Shown in pieces: positions 1 to 8,437 of a stretch of 64,000 bases of DNA; positions within the stretch are counted from its first letter, which is position 1, and every line of letters begins with the position of its first letter. The translations under genes were made by a program, and so were the position numbers. The notes below the pieces were generated by a model. That model was given only the letters and a program-made list of their open reading frames with translations, made no database searches and was not told the DNA's origin. The stretch is from an uncultured Acidobacteriota bacterium (GTDB lineage: Bacteria; Acidobacteriota; Vicinamibacteria; Vicinamibacterales; UBA8438): the NCBI GenBank assembly GCA_913043225.1, contig CAJWLU010000016.1, positions 1 through 64,000 of the forward strand, in the 5' to 3' direction.

Positions 1-59
1 GATAGAGCGTCTGCCTCCGGAGCAGAAGGCCACAGGTTCGAATCCTGTCGGGCGCGCCA
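1..59 (+). tRNA. tRNA-Arg(CCG), 5' end truncated by window edge
   Basis: Anticodon arm TCTGC-CTCCGGA-GCAGA, T-arm GGTTCGAATCC, 3' end GGGCGCGCCA. Confidence 0.93.
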
Positions 60-70
60 CTCCACTACGT

Positions 71-150
<80 letters not shown>

Positions 151-171
151 TCTTCAATAAAACCAGCCGTC

Positions 172-200
172 GGTGAGCGGACGCCACGCTCACCTTCCTT
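172..200 (+). terminator. Possible terminator hairpin downstream of tRNA-Lys
   Basis: GGTGAGCG(172-179)/CGCTCACC(187-194) stem followed by TTCCTT. Confidence 0.4.
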
Positions 201-214
201 CTCGTTTCGCGCTT

Positions 215-233
215 TGTGCCAACGATGTACCAA
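215..233. repeat. Short direct repeat resembling integrase arm-type sites
   Basis: TGTGCCAA (215-222) and TGTACCAA (226-233), 11-bp period, about 65 bp inside the att copy. Confidence 0.4.
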
Positions 234-282
234 TTTGTTGGGCGTTCCACGCCCAGCGGGCCCCTGCGGCCGCAGACCTGCA

Positions 283-345
283 CCCAGCACAACCCGTGCT
301 GATTGGCCGTCGGTCGATTGATGTTGTTGAGGACGAGATTTACGG
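283..345 (+). repeat. 63-bp inverted repeat, left copy
   Basis: CCCAGCACAACCCGTGCTGATTGGCCGTCGGTCGATTGATGTTGTTGAGGACGAGATTTACGG; 59/63 identical to the reverse complement of 2193-2255. Confidence 0.92.
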
Positions 346-374
346 GTTACCGCGGGCGCCCCGCGCACCGCCCT

Positions 375-423
375 TATGTAACCTTTACTTCCCTTATTTG
401 AAATGGTAAGTTTACGTTACATA
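375..423. promoter_or_regulatory. Imperfect inverted repeat, candidate operator of the downstream XRE regulator
   Basis: TATGTAACCTTTACTTCCC ... GGTAAGTTTACGTTACATA (15/19 complementary) in AT-rich DNA upstream of the two-gene unit. Confidence 0.5.
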
Positions 424-538
424 TCTGCGGGAGATGGAGAACAGCCCATCACCCACGAGGAACTCCAGCGCGGGATCAAGAGGGTCGGCGACTTGGTCAC
501 ACTTGTAAGAAAAGAACTGGCAACGACAGGAGCAAAGT

Positions 539-928
539 ATGAGTGAGTTAATTCCAGTTTTAGGCATCTTGGCTGGAATCATTATTACGATAGGGGTATT
601 TATCTGGCTGTATTACGAAAGCACGAGCAAAAGAGAAACCATTCTTGAGATAGCTAAACACCTAGACGATCCTTCCAAAGTGGAGAAGTTAATAGGTGTT
701 TTTGAAGAGAGAAAAAAAGATCCGATAGATTATCGAAGAGGAGGAACAATTACGCTTTTTGTTGGCATTGGCATTTATCTTCTTGGTTTTACTGCGCTAG
801 GACCTCTCTTTGAAGGCGTTGGACTTTTAGTTGGCACCATAGGTGTAGGTACTATGGTTGCTGGATACCTCTATCCAAATACCAGTGAAGAATTAACTAA
901 TGCTGTTGAGAAATTTGAAGAGAAATAA
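539..928 (+). CDS. Small membrane protein, DUF6249-like
   Basis: RBS AGGAG, three hydrophobic segments, AT-rich codon usage unlike host genes. Confidence 0.75.
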   Translation: MSELIPVLGILAGIIITIGVFIWLYYESTSKRETILEIAKHLDDPSKVEKLIGVFEERKKDPIDYRRGGTITLFVGIGIYLLGFTALGPLFEGVGLLVGTIGVGTMVAGYLYPNTSEELTNAVEKFEEK

Positions 929-931
929 CAA

Positions 932-1144
932 GTGGGTAAAAACCACAAAAAGCTTATAAACAATCTAAGAGAACTCAGGAGATCTGCCGGTTTAACTCAA
1001 CAAGAACTTTCTGAGATTGCCGATGTTTCAAGAAAGAGCATCAATGCAATTGAAAATGGCATCTATGTTCCTTCCACCGTCCTCTCACTAAAGATCGCAG
1101 AAACTCTTAATTGCTCCGTCGAAGATCTATTTCAATTGCCGTGA
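932..1144 (+). CDS. XRE/Cro-CI family HTH transcriptional regulator
   Basis: NNLRELR..GLTQQELS....VSRKSINAIENG.YVPS..LSLKIA..L...VEDLF signature. Confidence 0.92.
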   Translation: MGKNHKKLINNLRELRRSAGLTQQELSEIADVSRKSINAIENGIYVPSTVLSLKIAETLNCSVEDLFQLP

Positions 1145-1222
1145 AGTTCTCGTCTACACCAACTGTCCCCACACAAAAACCTGACGCCTCGCCCGCGAGT
1201 GGGACGAGGCGAATCCGCGTAG

Positions 1223-2026
1223 ATGATGATTACGGAGGGTCAGCACGACGTGTTCCGAGCGCGGGGACTACTTCGTTTGGAACGTTTTCTGCCAGCCGAT
1301 GAGGTGGTTCGAGCACGGGACGTGGTGATACGTGCTCTCGGGCGGCATGGTTGCGTACAACGAGACGGCGAGTGGGACCTTACGGGGCTGGACCAGTTGC
1401 TCCAGCGCAAGGTGAGTTCAACGTTAGGGCGGGGCGTTGGACTCTCCCCCAAGTTGATCCCCGCGGAACTGCTCGACACTATCCAGACCCTTGCTGGGGA
1501 TGCCTGCGTTCCCATGAATCCGAGTCGTCGTTTGAAGCCGTCGCTACTGTTTTCTGTGCCCAATAGCAAGGCCTGGGCCGTGCCACACAATGGGTGGCAC
1601 GTAGATTTGCCGAAGCTACGAAACCGGGGGATGCCTCCGGGTGTCCAGCTGTTCGCGTTGTTGGATGCCGTGCGTCCCGGAGGGGGCGGCACGGTCGTCG
1701 TGGCGGGTTCGCATCGACTTCTGGACGGTATGCCATTCTTGGGTCCGTCCATGAATCATGCGAAACGTCTTCGCAGACTACCGTTTTTTGCTGATTTGAT
1801 GTGCGAGGAGTTCTCCAAGCGTGCCGGTCTCATGAGTAAGTCTCACCGTGAAGGCGATGTGGACCTGCAAGTGGTCGAATTGCACGGCGGACCGGGTGAC
1901 GTCTTCTTGGTGGATATGCGCGTGCTGCATACGGTGGCTCCGAATGCTTCGCGTGCGCCAAGAATGATGTTTACGGAGCGGTTTGTGAGCGAAGATGTTC
2001 TCGAGGAGATGTTCTCGAGGAAATGA
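1223..2026 (+). CDS. Phytanoyl-CoA dioxygenase (PhyH) family Fe(II)/2OG oxygenase
   Basis: HxD in GWHVD, GGT.VV.GSH, G.PGDV, distal His in VLHTVAPN, then R..M. Confidence 0.85.
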   Translation: MMITEGQHDVFRARGLLRLERFLPADEVVRARDVVIRALGRHGCVQRDGEWDLTGLDQLLQRKVSSTLGRGVGLSPKLIPAELLDTIQTLAGDACVPMNPSRRLKPSLLFSVPNSKAWAVPHNGWHVDLPKLRNRGMPPGVQLFALLDAVRPGGGGTVVVAGSHRLLDGMPFLGPSMNHAKRLRRLPFFADLMCEEFSKRAGLMSKSHREGDVDLQVVELHGGPGDVFLVDMRVLHTVAPNASRAPRMMFTERFVSEDVLEEMFSRK

Positions 2027-2039
2027 TGCTTGCGTCCGG

Positions 2040-2192
2040 GTAAAGGCCGCGGCCATTATCGGCTGCGCGATCATTGTGGCCGTCGCGATGTAGCTCTATT
2101 TCAATCCGTATCAGAGCTGCGTGCGCTGGCATCAGGGTGAAGGGTTCGACGGCGCAGTAGCAGCAAGGCTCTGCCTGCACGGGCCGGGTTAA
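2040..2192 (+). pseudogene. Degraded small membrane-protein gene
   Basis: Frame reads VKAAAIIGCAIIVAVAM*LYFNPYQSCVRWHQGEGFDGAVAARLCLHGPG*; internal TAG at 2091, no start codon, TAA 2190-2192 abuts the right inverted repeat. Confidence 0.45.
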
Positions 2193-2255
2193 CCGTAAAT
2201 CTCGTCCTCAACAACACCAACCGACCGACGGCCAGTCAGCACGGGTTGTGCCGGG
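2193..2255 (-). repeat. 63-bp inverted repeat, right copy
   Basis: Reverse complement matches 283-345 with four transitions. Confidence 0.92.
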
Positions 2256-2299
2256 GCTGGGAACCGCATCCGCGTGAGCCGTAAGCTCTCGGTTCCCGT

Positions 2300-2389
2300 G
2301 TGGCCATTTGTGGCCATTTTTCCGTTACGGGCGCATATCGGTGACTACGCAGGACACTTTTTGTCAGTAAAGACAGGCCCTGACTACGC
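2300..2389. repeat. Arm-type-like short repeats next to the distal att copy
   Basis: GTGGCCATTT tandem at 2300-2309/2310-2319; TGACTACGC at 2342-2350 and 2381-2389. Confidence 0.5.
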
Positions 2390-2408
2390 CTGACCAGCGT
2401 TTACACAA

Positions 2409-2459
2409 GACTCTTAATCAGTGGGTTCGGGGTTCGAGTCCCTGGCGGCTCACCACTTT
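2409..2459 (+). repeat. att-like direct repeat, distal copy (duplicated 3' half of tRNA-Lys)
   Basis: Starts in the anticodon arm and runs past CCA; single C>T difference at 2422. Confidence 0.92.
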
Positions 2460-2603
2460 CTCTCTCCCCATCATGCGCTGGTGGCCTCGCGCGCGCTCCC
2501 CTGACGTCAGCCGGTTCGGCGCCGACCCCCAAGGCCTTTATGGTCGATTCGCCGAGAACACCACGAAGGGCTAGCGGGAACGATGAGGTGAGGTGTCCGG
2601 TGT

Positions 2604-3704
2604 CTACCGCGTCGGGTTCAACACCCCTCCGGTCTCCTCGCCGCGGAACTCCGCCTCGAGCAACCGGGCACCTCGCATGATGCCACCGAACGAGTAGTTC
2701 GCCTCGTGGCAGGCGTACTCGAACACCTTGCCCTCGGTGCGCGGCCAGGCGTACTCGCCGGTGAACGGCGCCGTCCACACCGTCGGGTCCTCGACGGTGA
2801 AGGTGTAGATGAGCTTGTCGGCGCTCTCCATCCGGAAGCGCTCGGTCACCTTCATGTTCGCCGTGCCCTGCGTGAAGGAGGGGCGGTCGGTGAAGTTGGT
2901 GGTCTCCACCACGAGGGTGTCGCCCTCCCAGTGCCCGATCGAGTCGCCCAGCCACTCTTGGATGTAGGGAGGGTCGTGCTCGGCGTTCATTCGGATGATC
3001 CGCGCGTCGTGGTTCATCTCGGTGAGGATCATGACGGTATCTTCGCTCTGCACAATCCGCTTGTGATTGTTGTAGAGCACCGACAGCATCGGCGGCCCCG
3101 CAGTGGACCCGAAGCCGATGAGACAACGCTCGGCGAATGGCCGCTGCTCCATGTTGTCGAACGGGCCGGGCGTGTCGAGGCCATCCTCGAGCCAGTAGGC
3201 GGTGCCGTCGTTCTGGCGGGAACGGAACCCGCTGCCCCGACGCTGCTCCACCCGCGGCGGATACCGGCCGTTCTGCGGATCGATGATGATGGAAGTACGC
3301 CACTCGCCGTCGATCTGGAACATGCCAGAGCCGGGGTCGATCCAGAAGGTGTTATAGCCACCGACGTTGCCCGATGCTCCCGTCGAGCCATCGCCACCGA
3401 CCGGAGGTGCGCCGCGATTCGGATCGCTGCGCTGGGTATTGACCGATTCAACGATGTTGTTGCGGCGATCAAGCCCGGCCGTCGCCTCGGCACCAAACTG
3501 GGCCGCTTCCTCGTCGGTCAGCGACATTTGCTCGGCGAGCTCCCTCGGGCGCTGCATCGGCGTAAGTGTGCCGACGTCATAGGTACCGGACAGATCCGGT
3601 CGCCCACTCGCCGTCCGCGGAATATTGCTGGACTGTGCCGCCGCCATCGACGCCACACACACGAACGACAGCCCACCGACACCGATCGCTATCCGACTGC
3701 GCAT
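2604..3704 (-). CDS. Conserved exported protein of unknown function
   Basis: RBS GGAGG before ATG 3704, signal peptide, motifs GRPDLSG, GDSIGHWEGDTLVVET, EYACHEAN. Confidence 0.85.
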   Translation of the reverse strand: MRSRIAIGVGGLSFVCVASMAAAQSSNIPRTASGRPDLSGTYDVGTLTPMQRPRELAEQMSLTDEEAAQFGAEATAGLDRRNNIVESVNTQRSDPNRGAPPVGGDGSTGASGNVGGYNTFWIDPGSGMFQIDGEWRTSIIIDPQNGRYPPRVEQRRGSGFRSRQNDGTAYWLEDGLDTPGPFDNMEQRPFAERCLIGFGSTAGPPMLSVLYNNHKRIVQSEDTVMILTEMNHDARIIRMNAEHDPPYIQEWLGDSIGHWEGDTLVVETTNFTDRPSFTQGTANMKVTERFRMESADKLIYTFTVEDPTVWTAPFTGEYAWPRTEGKVFEYACHEANYSFGGIMRGARLLEAEFRGEETGGVLNPTR

Positions 3705-3934
3705 ATGACCTCCTGAAACTCGATGCCGACATTGTAGCGCCAGTCTGCTCGCCGCTCCCACCTCGCCAGTCAGGTCGACTACACTGAACAGACAGACGGT
3801 TTGGCAGCCTGGTCGAGCTTCAGGGGCGCCGAACCGGCCGATAGGACCGCCCCCGACCACGTTCGGCCACTTGTTCACCCTAGAGGCAACCGCTCGCCCG
3901 CCGACCCTCGACATGCGGGTAGCCACATGACGCG

Positions 3935-6601
3935 ATGACAAACACTCCTCTCACCGCCCCCGATCTCGAGCAGGACGAGATCCACGACTGGCTCGACTCG
4001 CTGGACGCGGTCATCGACCATCACGGGCTCACAGCCGCGGGGCGGTTGCTACAGGACCTGACGCGGCGTGGCGAGCACGCAGGCGTGCAGCTGCCGTTCA
4101 CCGCCAACACCCCGTATGTGAACAGCATTCCGCCAGATGAAGACCCGGCCTACCCCGGCGACCGTGACCTGGAGCAGCGGCTGAAGAGCCTCGTCCGGTG
4201 GAACGCGCTCGCTATGGTGGTGAAGGCAAACCGGGAGGCGGATGGCATCGGCGGACACATCTCCACCTACGCCTCGGCGGCGACCCTCTACGAAGTCGGC
4301 TTCAACCACTTCTTCCGGGCCGCTACGGACGACCATCCGGGCGACCTCGTCTATTACCAGGGACACGCTTCGCCAGGCGTGTATGCCCGCGCCCATCTCG
4401 AAGGCCGACTGGATCGGGCCCACCTGGAACACTTCCGCCGCGAGCTGACCGGCTCGGGGCTCTCGTCGTACCCGCACCCGTGGCTCATGCCAGATTTCTG
4501 GGAGTTCCCCACGGTCTCGATGGGGTTGAGCCCGATCATGGGCATCTACCAGGCGCGGTTTCAGCGCTACCTGGAAGACCGCGGCATCCTGCCCCCATCG
4601 GACGCCAAAGTGTGGGTGCTCATGGGCGATGGCGAGACCGACGAACCGGAATCGTTGGGCGCCATCACGCTGGCCTCGCGCGAGCAGCTCGACAACCTGA
4701 TCTTTGTGGTGAACTGCAACCTCCAGCGGCTGGACGGGCCAGTGCGAGGCAACGGGCAGATCATCCAGGAACTAGAGGCCGCCTTTCGGGGAGCCGGCTG
4801 GAACGTCATCAAGGTGCTCTGGGGCCGAGACTGGGACCCGCTCCTGGCTGTCGACACCGAAGGGCTGCTCGTCCGCCGCATGAGCGAGACGGTCGACGGG
4901 CAGTATCAGCGCTATGCGGTCGAATCTGGCGCCTACGTCCGCGACCACTTCTGGAGCAAGTACCCGAAGCTGCTCGACATGGTGGACCACTTCACCGACA
5001 ACGAGCTGAAGAAGCTCCGGCTCGGCGGACACGACCCGGCGAAGGTCTACTCGGCATTCGCCTCCGCCGTGGCACACCGGGGCGCGCCCACCGTGGTCCT
5101 GGCCCGCACCATCAAGGGCTACGGGCTCGGGGAGGGCGGCGAGGGCCGCAACGTCACCCACCAACAGAAGAAGCTGAACGAGGACGAGCTCCGGGCGTTC
5201 CGCGACCGCTTCCACATCCCGCTGTCCGACGAGCAAATCGCGGGCCTACCGTTCTATGTACCGGAGGGCGACAGCCCGGAGATGGTCTATCTGAATGAGC
5301 GGCGGGCGGCGCTCGGCGGCTCGGTGCCCAAGCGGGTCGAACGAGCGGTACCGATGGACCCGGTCTCGACCGAGCTGTTCGCGGAGCTACGGGAAGGGAC
5401 CGGCGACCGGGAAATCTCTCTGACCATGGCGTTCGCGCGGCTGCTGAGCCGCCTGCTGCGCGACCCGGAGATCGGCGACCTGATCGTCCCGATCGTGCCG
5501 GACGAGGCGCGTACCTTCGGCATGGAAGCACTCTTCCGCCAGGTGGGCATCTACGCGCACGCCGGTCAGAAGTACGAACCGGTCGACCACGCGACACTCC
5601 TCTACTACCGCGAAGCCGAGGATGGGCAGGTGCTCGAAGAGGGCATCACTGAGGCGGGCTCGATAGCGTCATTCATCGCCGCCGGCACCGCCTATTCGAC
5701 GCGAGGCGTCAACACCATTCCATTCTTCATCTTCTACTCGATGTTCGGATTCCAGCGAGTGGGCGACCTAATCTGGGCAGCGGCCGATTCGCGCTGCCGA
5801 GGCTTCCTGCTGGGCGGCACCGCCGGGCGCACTACCCTGGCCGGCGAGGGCCTGCAGCACCAGGACGGGCAGAGCCACCTGCTGGCCTATCCGGTGCCAA
5901 ACCTCCTCTCGTATGACCCGGCCTATGCCTACGAGCTGGGCGTCATCATCGAGGAGGGCATCCGTCGGATGTATGTCGAGAGCGAGAGCGTCTTCTATTA
6001 CCTGACGGTGGAGAACCAGCCGTATCCGATGCCGCCCATGCCCGACGGCTGCCGCGACGGCATCCTCAAGGGCCTCTACCGGGTGCGTCCGTCCGAAAAC
6101 GACGGCCCGCATCAGGCGCAGCTCCTGGCCAGCGGCGCCATTCTGCCGGAGGCGATCGCCGCCCAGACCATGCTGACTCGCTACAACGTTGCCGCCGACG
6201 TCTGGAGCGTCACTAGTTGGGCCCAACTCTATCGTGACGGCCACGCGGCGGATCGGTGGAACCTCCTCCACCCGCTGGACGAACCGCGCGTGCCCTATGT
6301 GACCCAGTGTCTGGGTAATGCGCCAGGCGTGGTGGTGGCCGCCAGCGACTACCTTAAGGCGCTACCTGACTCGTTGGGCCAGTGGCTGGATAGGAGGCTG
6401 GTCTCGCTGGGTACGGACGGCTTCGGTCGCAGTGACACCCGCGAAGCGCTCCGCAACTTCTTCGAGGTGGATGCCCGATTCATCACGCTGGCGACCCTAG
6501 GCGCGCTGGCGCGTGACGGCGCGATCGACTACACGGTGGTGGCGCAGGCCATCGAGGATATGGAGATCGACCCAGAAAAGGCAGATCCAGCGGTTTCATA
6601 G
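3935..6601 (+). CDS. aceE: Pyruvate dehydrogenase E1, homodimeric type
   Basis: GGHISTYAS, YYQGHASPG, FPTVSMG, TPP motif GDGE..E...NCNLQRLDGP, GEGLQHQDG. Confidence 0.97.
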   Translation: MTNTPLTAPDLEQDEIHDWLDSLDAVIDHHGLTAAGRLLQDLTRRGEHAGVQLPFTANTPYVNSIPPDEDPAYPGDRDLEQRLKSLVRWNALAMVVKANREADGIGGHISTYASAATLYEVGFNHFFRAATDDHPGDLVYYQGHASPGVYARAHLEGRLDRAHLEHFRRELTGSGLSSYPHPWLMPDFWEFPTVSMGLSPIMGIYQARFQRYLEDRGILPPSDAKVWVLMGDGETDEPESLGAITLASREQLDNLIFVVNCNLQRLDGPVRGNGQIIQELEAAFRGAGWNVIKVLWGRDWDPLLAVDTEGLLVRRMSETVDGQYQRYAVESGAYVRDHFWSKYPKLLDMVDHFTDNELKKLRLGGHDPAKVYSAFASAVAHRGAPTVVLARTIKGYGLGEGGEGRNVTHQQKKLNEDELRAFRDRFHIPLSDEQIAGLPFYVPEGDSPEMVYLNERRAALGGSVPKRVERAVPMDPVSTELFAELREGTGDREISLTMAFARLLSRLLRDPEIGDLIVPIVPDEARTFGMEALFRQVGIYAHAGQKYEPVDHATLLYYREAEDGQVLEEGITEAGSIASFIAAGTAYSTRGVNTIPFFIFYSMFGFQRVGDLIWAAADSRCRGFLLGGTAGRTTLAGEGLQHQDGQSHLLAYPVPNLLSYDPAYAYELGVIIEEGIRRMYVESESVFYYLTVENQPYPMPPMPDGCRDGILKGLYRVRPSENDGPHQAQLLASGAILPEAIAAQTMLTRYNVAADVWSVTSWAQLYRDGHAADRWNLLHPLDEPRVPYVTQCLGNAPGVVVAASDYLKALPDSLGQWLDRRLVSLGTDGFGRSDTREALRNFFEVDARFITLATLGALARDGAIDYTVVAQAIEDMEIDPEKADPAVS

Positions 6602-6612
6602 AGGACACCGAG

Positions 6613-7920
6613 ATGCTGATCGATGTGACGCTGCCGGTACTCGGCGAGGGGATCGAGGAGGCTGAGGTAATCCAGGTACTGGTGAAGACTGGCGACGCCG
6701 TCGAGGCCGACCAGCCCCTGATCGAGGTCGAGACCGACAAGGCCACCGTTGAGGTACCGGCGCCATCAGCCGGCGTCGTGGGCGACATCGCGGTGAGCCA
6801 GGGCGCCACCATTAAGGTGGGAGCGCAGCTCCTCACCCTGACCGACGGCGCCTGGACGGCCGGGTCCCAAGCCGAGTCGGCGCCTCCGGCACCACCGGCC
6901 GAACCCGAGGAACCAGCCGAGGCTCCGGCACCGAAGCCCAAGCCCCTCACCGAAACCGCTCCGTTACCCGCACCAGTGGCGTCCACTCAGGTTGCTTCGC
7001 CCGGTCCCCCCTCGCCAACGTTCGGTGGACGGCACGCTCTGGCGTCGCCCTCCGTACGGAAACTCGCCCGAGAGATCGGGGTAAACATCGAGACAGTAAT
7101 GCCGACCGGCCGCCGAAATCGCGTCACCCTGGACGACGTGAAGACGCACGCCAAGCAGGCGATGGGGCAGCTGGCGGGGGGAGGCGCGGGCCCGGCCGCG
7201 CCAACGCCGCTCCCCGACTTCGCCGTGTGGGGCCCGGTCGAGAAGCAGCCGCTGAAGGGCATCCGGCGTACGGTCACGCGTCGGATGAGCCTGGCCTGGC
7301 AGACCGTGCCGCATGTCACCCAGCACGATCAGGCCGACATCAGCGAGTTCGAAGCCGTGCGAAAGACCACCAAGAAGCATACGCCGGATCTTCCGCTGAC
7401 AGTGACCGCGCTGGCTGTAGCGGTCGCGTCGGCCGCGCTCCGGGAGTTCCCGCAGTTCAACGCCTCGCTCGATGTGGCGGGGGGCGAGATCGTCTACAAG
7501 CAGTACGTACACGTCGGGGTCGCGGTGGACACCGAGCGCGGACTGCTCGTCCCGGTTATTCGAGACGCCGATACCAAGAGCCTCGGCGCCCTCTCGACTG
7601 AGATCTCGGCGCTGGCGAGCAAGGTGCGAGAGGGCAAGGCGGAACCGGACGACCTGCAGGGGGGCACGTTCACCATTACCAACCTGGGTGGCCTAGGCGG
7701 CACCGCCTTCACCCCCATCGTCAACTATCCCGAGGTGGCCATCCTCGGCCTCTCGCGGTCGACCCAGGCGCCGGTCTGGATCAATGACCGGTTCGAGCCA
7801 CGCCCCATCATGCCCCTCTCCCTCTCCTACGACCACCGCCTTATCGACGGAGCTGACGGCGTGCGGTTTCTCCGATGGATTGCAACACGCCTCGAACACC
7901 CTCTGTTGCTTGAACTGTAG
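6613..7920 (+). CDS. aceF: Dihydrolipoamide acetyltransferase E2 (one lipoyl domain)
   Basis: ETDKA lipoyl site, ASPSVRKLARE E3-binding domain, DHRLIDG catalytic motif. Confidence 0.95.
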   Translation: MLIDVTLPVLGEGIEEAEVIQVLVKTGDAVEADQPLIEVETDKATVEVPAPSAGVVGDIAVSQGATIKVGAQLLTLTDGAWTAGSQAESAPPAPPAEPEEPAEAPAPKPKPLTETAPLPAPVASTQVASPGPPSPTFGGRHALASPSVRKLAREIGVNIETVMPTGRRNRVTLDDVKTHAKQAMGQLAGGGAGPAAPTPLPDFAVWGPVEKQPLKGIRRTVTRRMSLAWQTVPHVTQHDQADISEFEAVRKTTKKHTPDLPLTVTALAVAVASAALREFPQFNASLDVAGGEIVYKQYVHVGVAVDTERGLLVPVIRDADTKSLGALSTEISALASKVREGKAEPDDLQGGTFTITNLGGLGGTAFTPIVNYPEVAILGLSRSTQAPVWINDRFEPRPIMPLSLSYDHRLIDGADGVRFLRWIATRLEHPLLLEL

Positions 7921-7930
7921 GTTGCGATCC

Positions 7931-7951
7931 CGGGCACGCACAGCGTGCCCG
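7931..7951 (+). terminator. GC-rich hairpin after aceF
   Basis: CGGGCACGC-ACA-GCGTGCCCG perfect 9-bp stem; no U-tract. Confidence 0.35.
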
Positions 7952-8268
7952 CCGGCAGCCCCGGGGGCTATGGGGTCCCCACAAGCGGGCGCGAGGGGTT
8001 CGGCTGCAACGCGCCTCGCATAGCCTGTGTCGCTTAAACCGTGCACTTCACTGCCCGGTTTCTCGTTTAGTTCACCGGACGCGAAACGTAGCCCCTGTCG
8101 AGACTGCGGCATCTAGATCTATCTTTTGACCTAATTCGACCTAATGCCTGCAAGATACTGCAGACAAGTGGTCTAGCGCGACGACGGCTTGTCAGTGAAT
8201 CGCAGAACGACCTCGAGAGCACGGGCCAGCAACGCAGCGTATCTCGCTTTCGCTGCCCGCGACGGGGG

Positions 8269-8297
8269 TTGCGTCTTGGTCACGAGTAGTCGATACT
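8269..8297 (+). promoter_or_regulatory. Candidate sigma70 promoter for the KamA-family operon
   Basis: TTGCGT-17 bp-GATACT. Confidence 0.3.
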
Positions 8298-8437
8298 AGT
8301 CACCCCATCCGAGTGTCTGGTTCTGTTGCCCCCCGCGGTTGCCGGGATGGGCTTGACCGGGCCCCGGCATCGGCAGGGAGCACCAGCATGCTCCGACCGG
8401 TGCCTGGCGGTGGCGGCTTGATAACCGCAAATTGCCT

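Noticed and set aside
360..385. dif-like site (GCGCA...TTATGTAAC)
   Set aside because: Arm spacing and sequence do not fit the 11-6-11 XerC/XerD layout.
438..545. Short frame EQPITHEELQRGIKRVGDLVTLVRKELATTGAKYE ending over the start of the island membrane gene
   Set aside because: Could be a gene remnant, but it has no start codon or recognisable motif.
2186..2297. Canonical integron attC site
   Set aside because: GGTTAAC deviates from RYYYAAC, there is no matching GTTRRRY/L-box symmetry and no intI gene.
2409..2456. Second tRNA-Lys gene
   Set aside because: Only the 3' half is present, with no D-arm or 5' acceptor strand; it is an att duplication.
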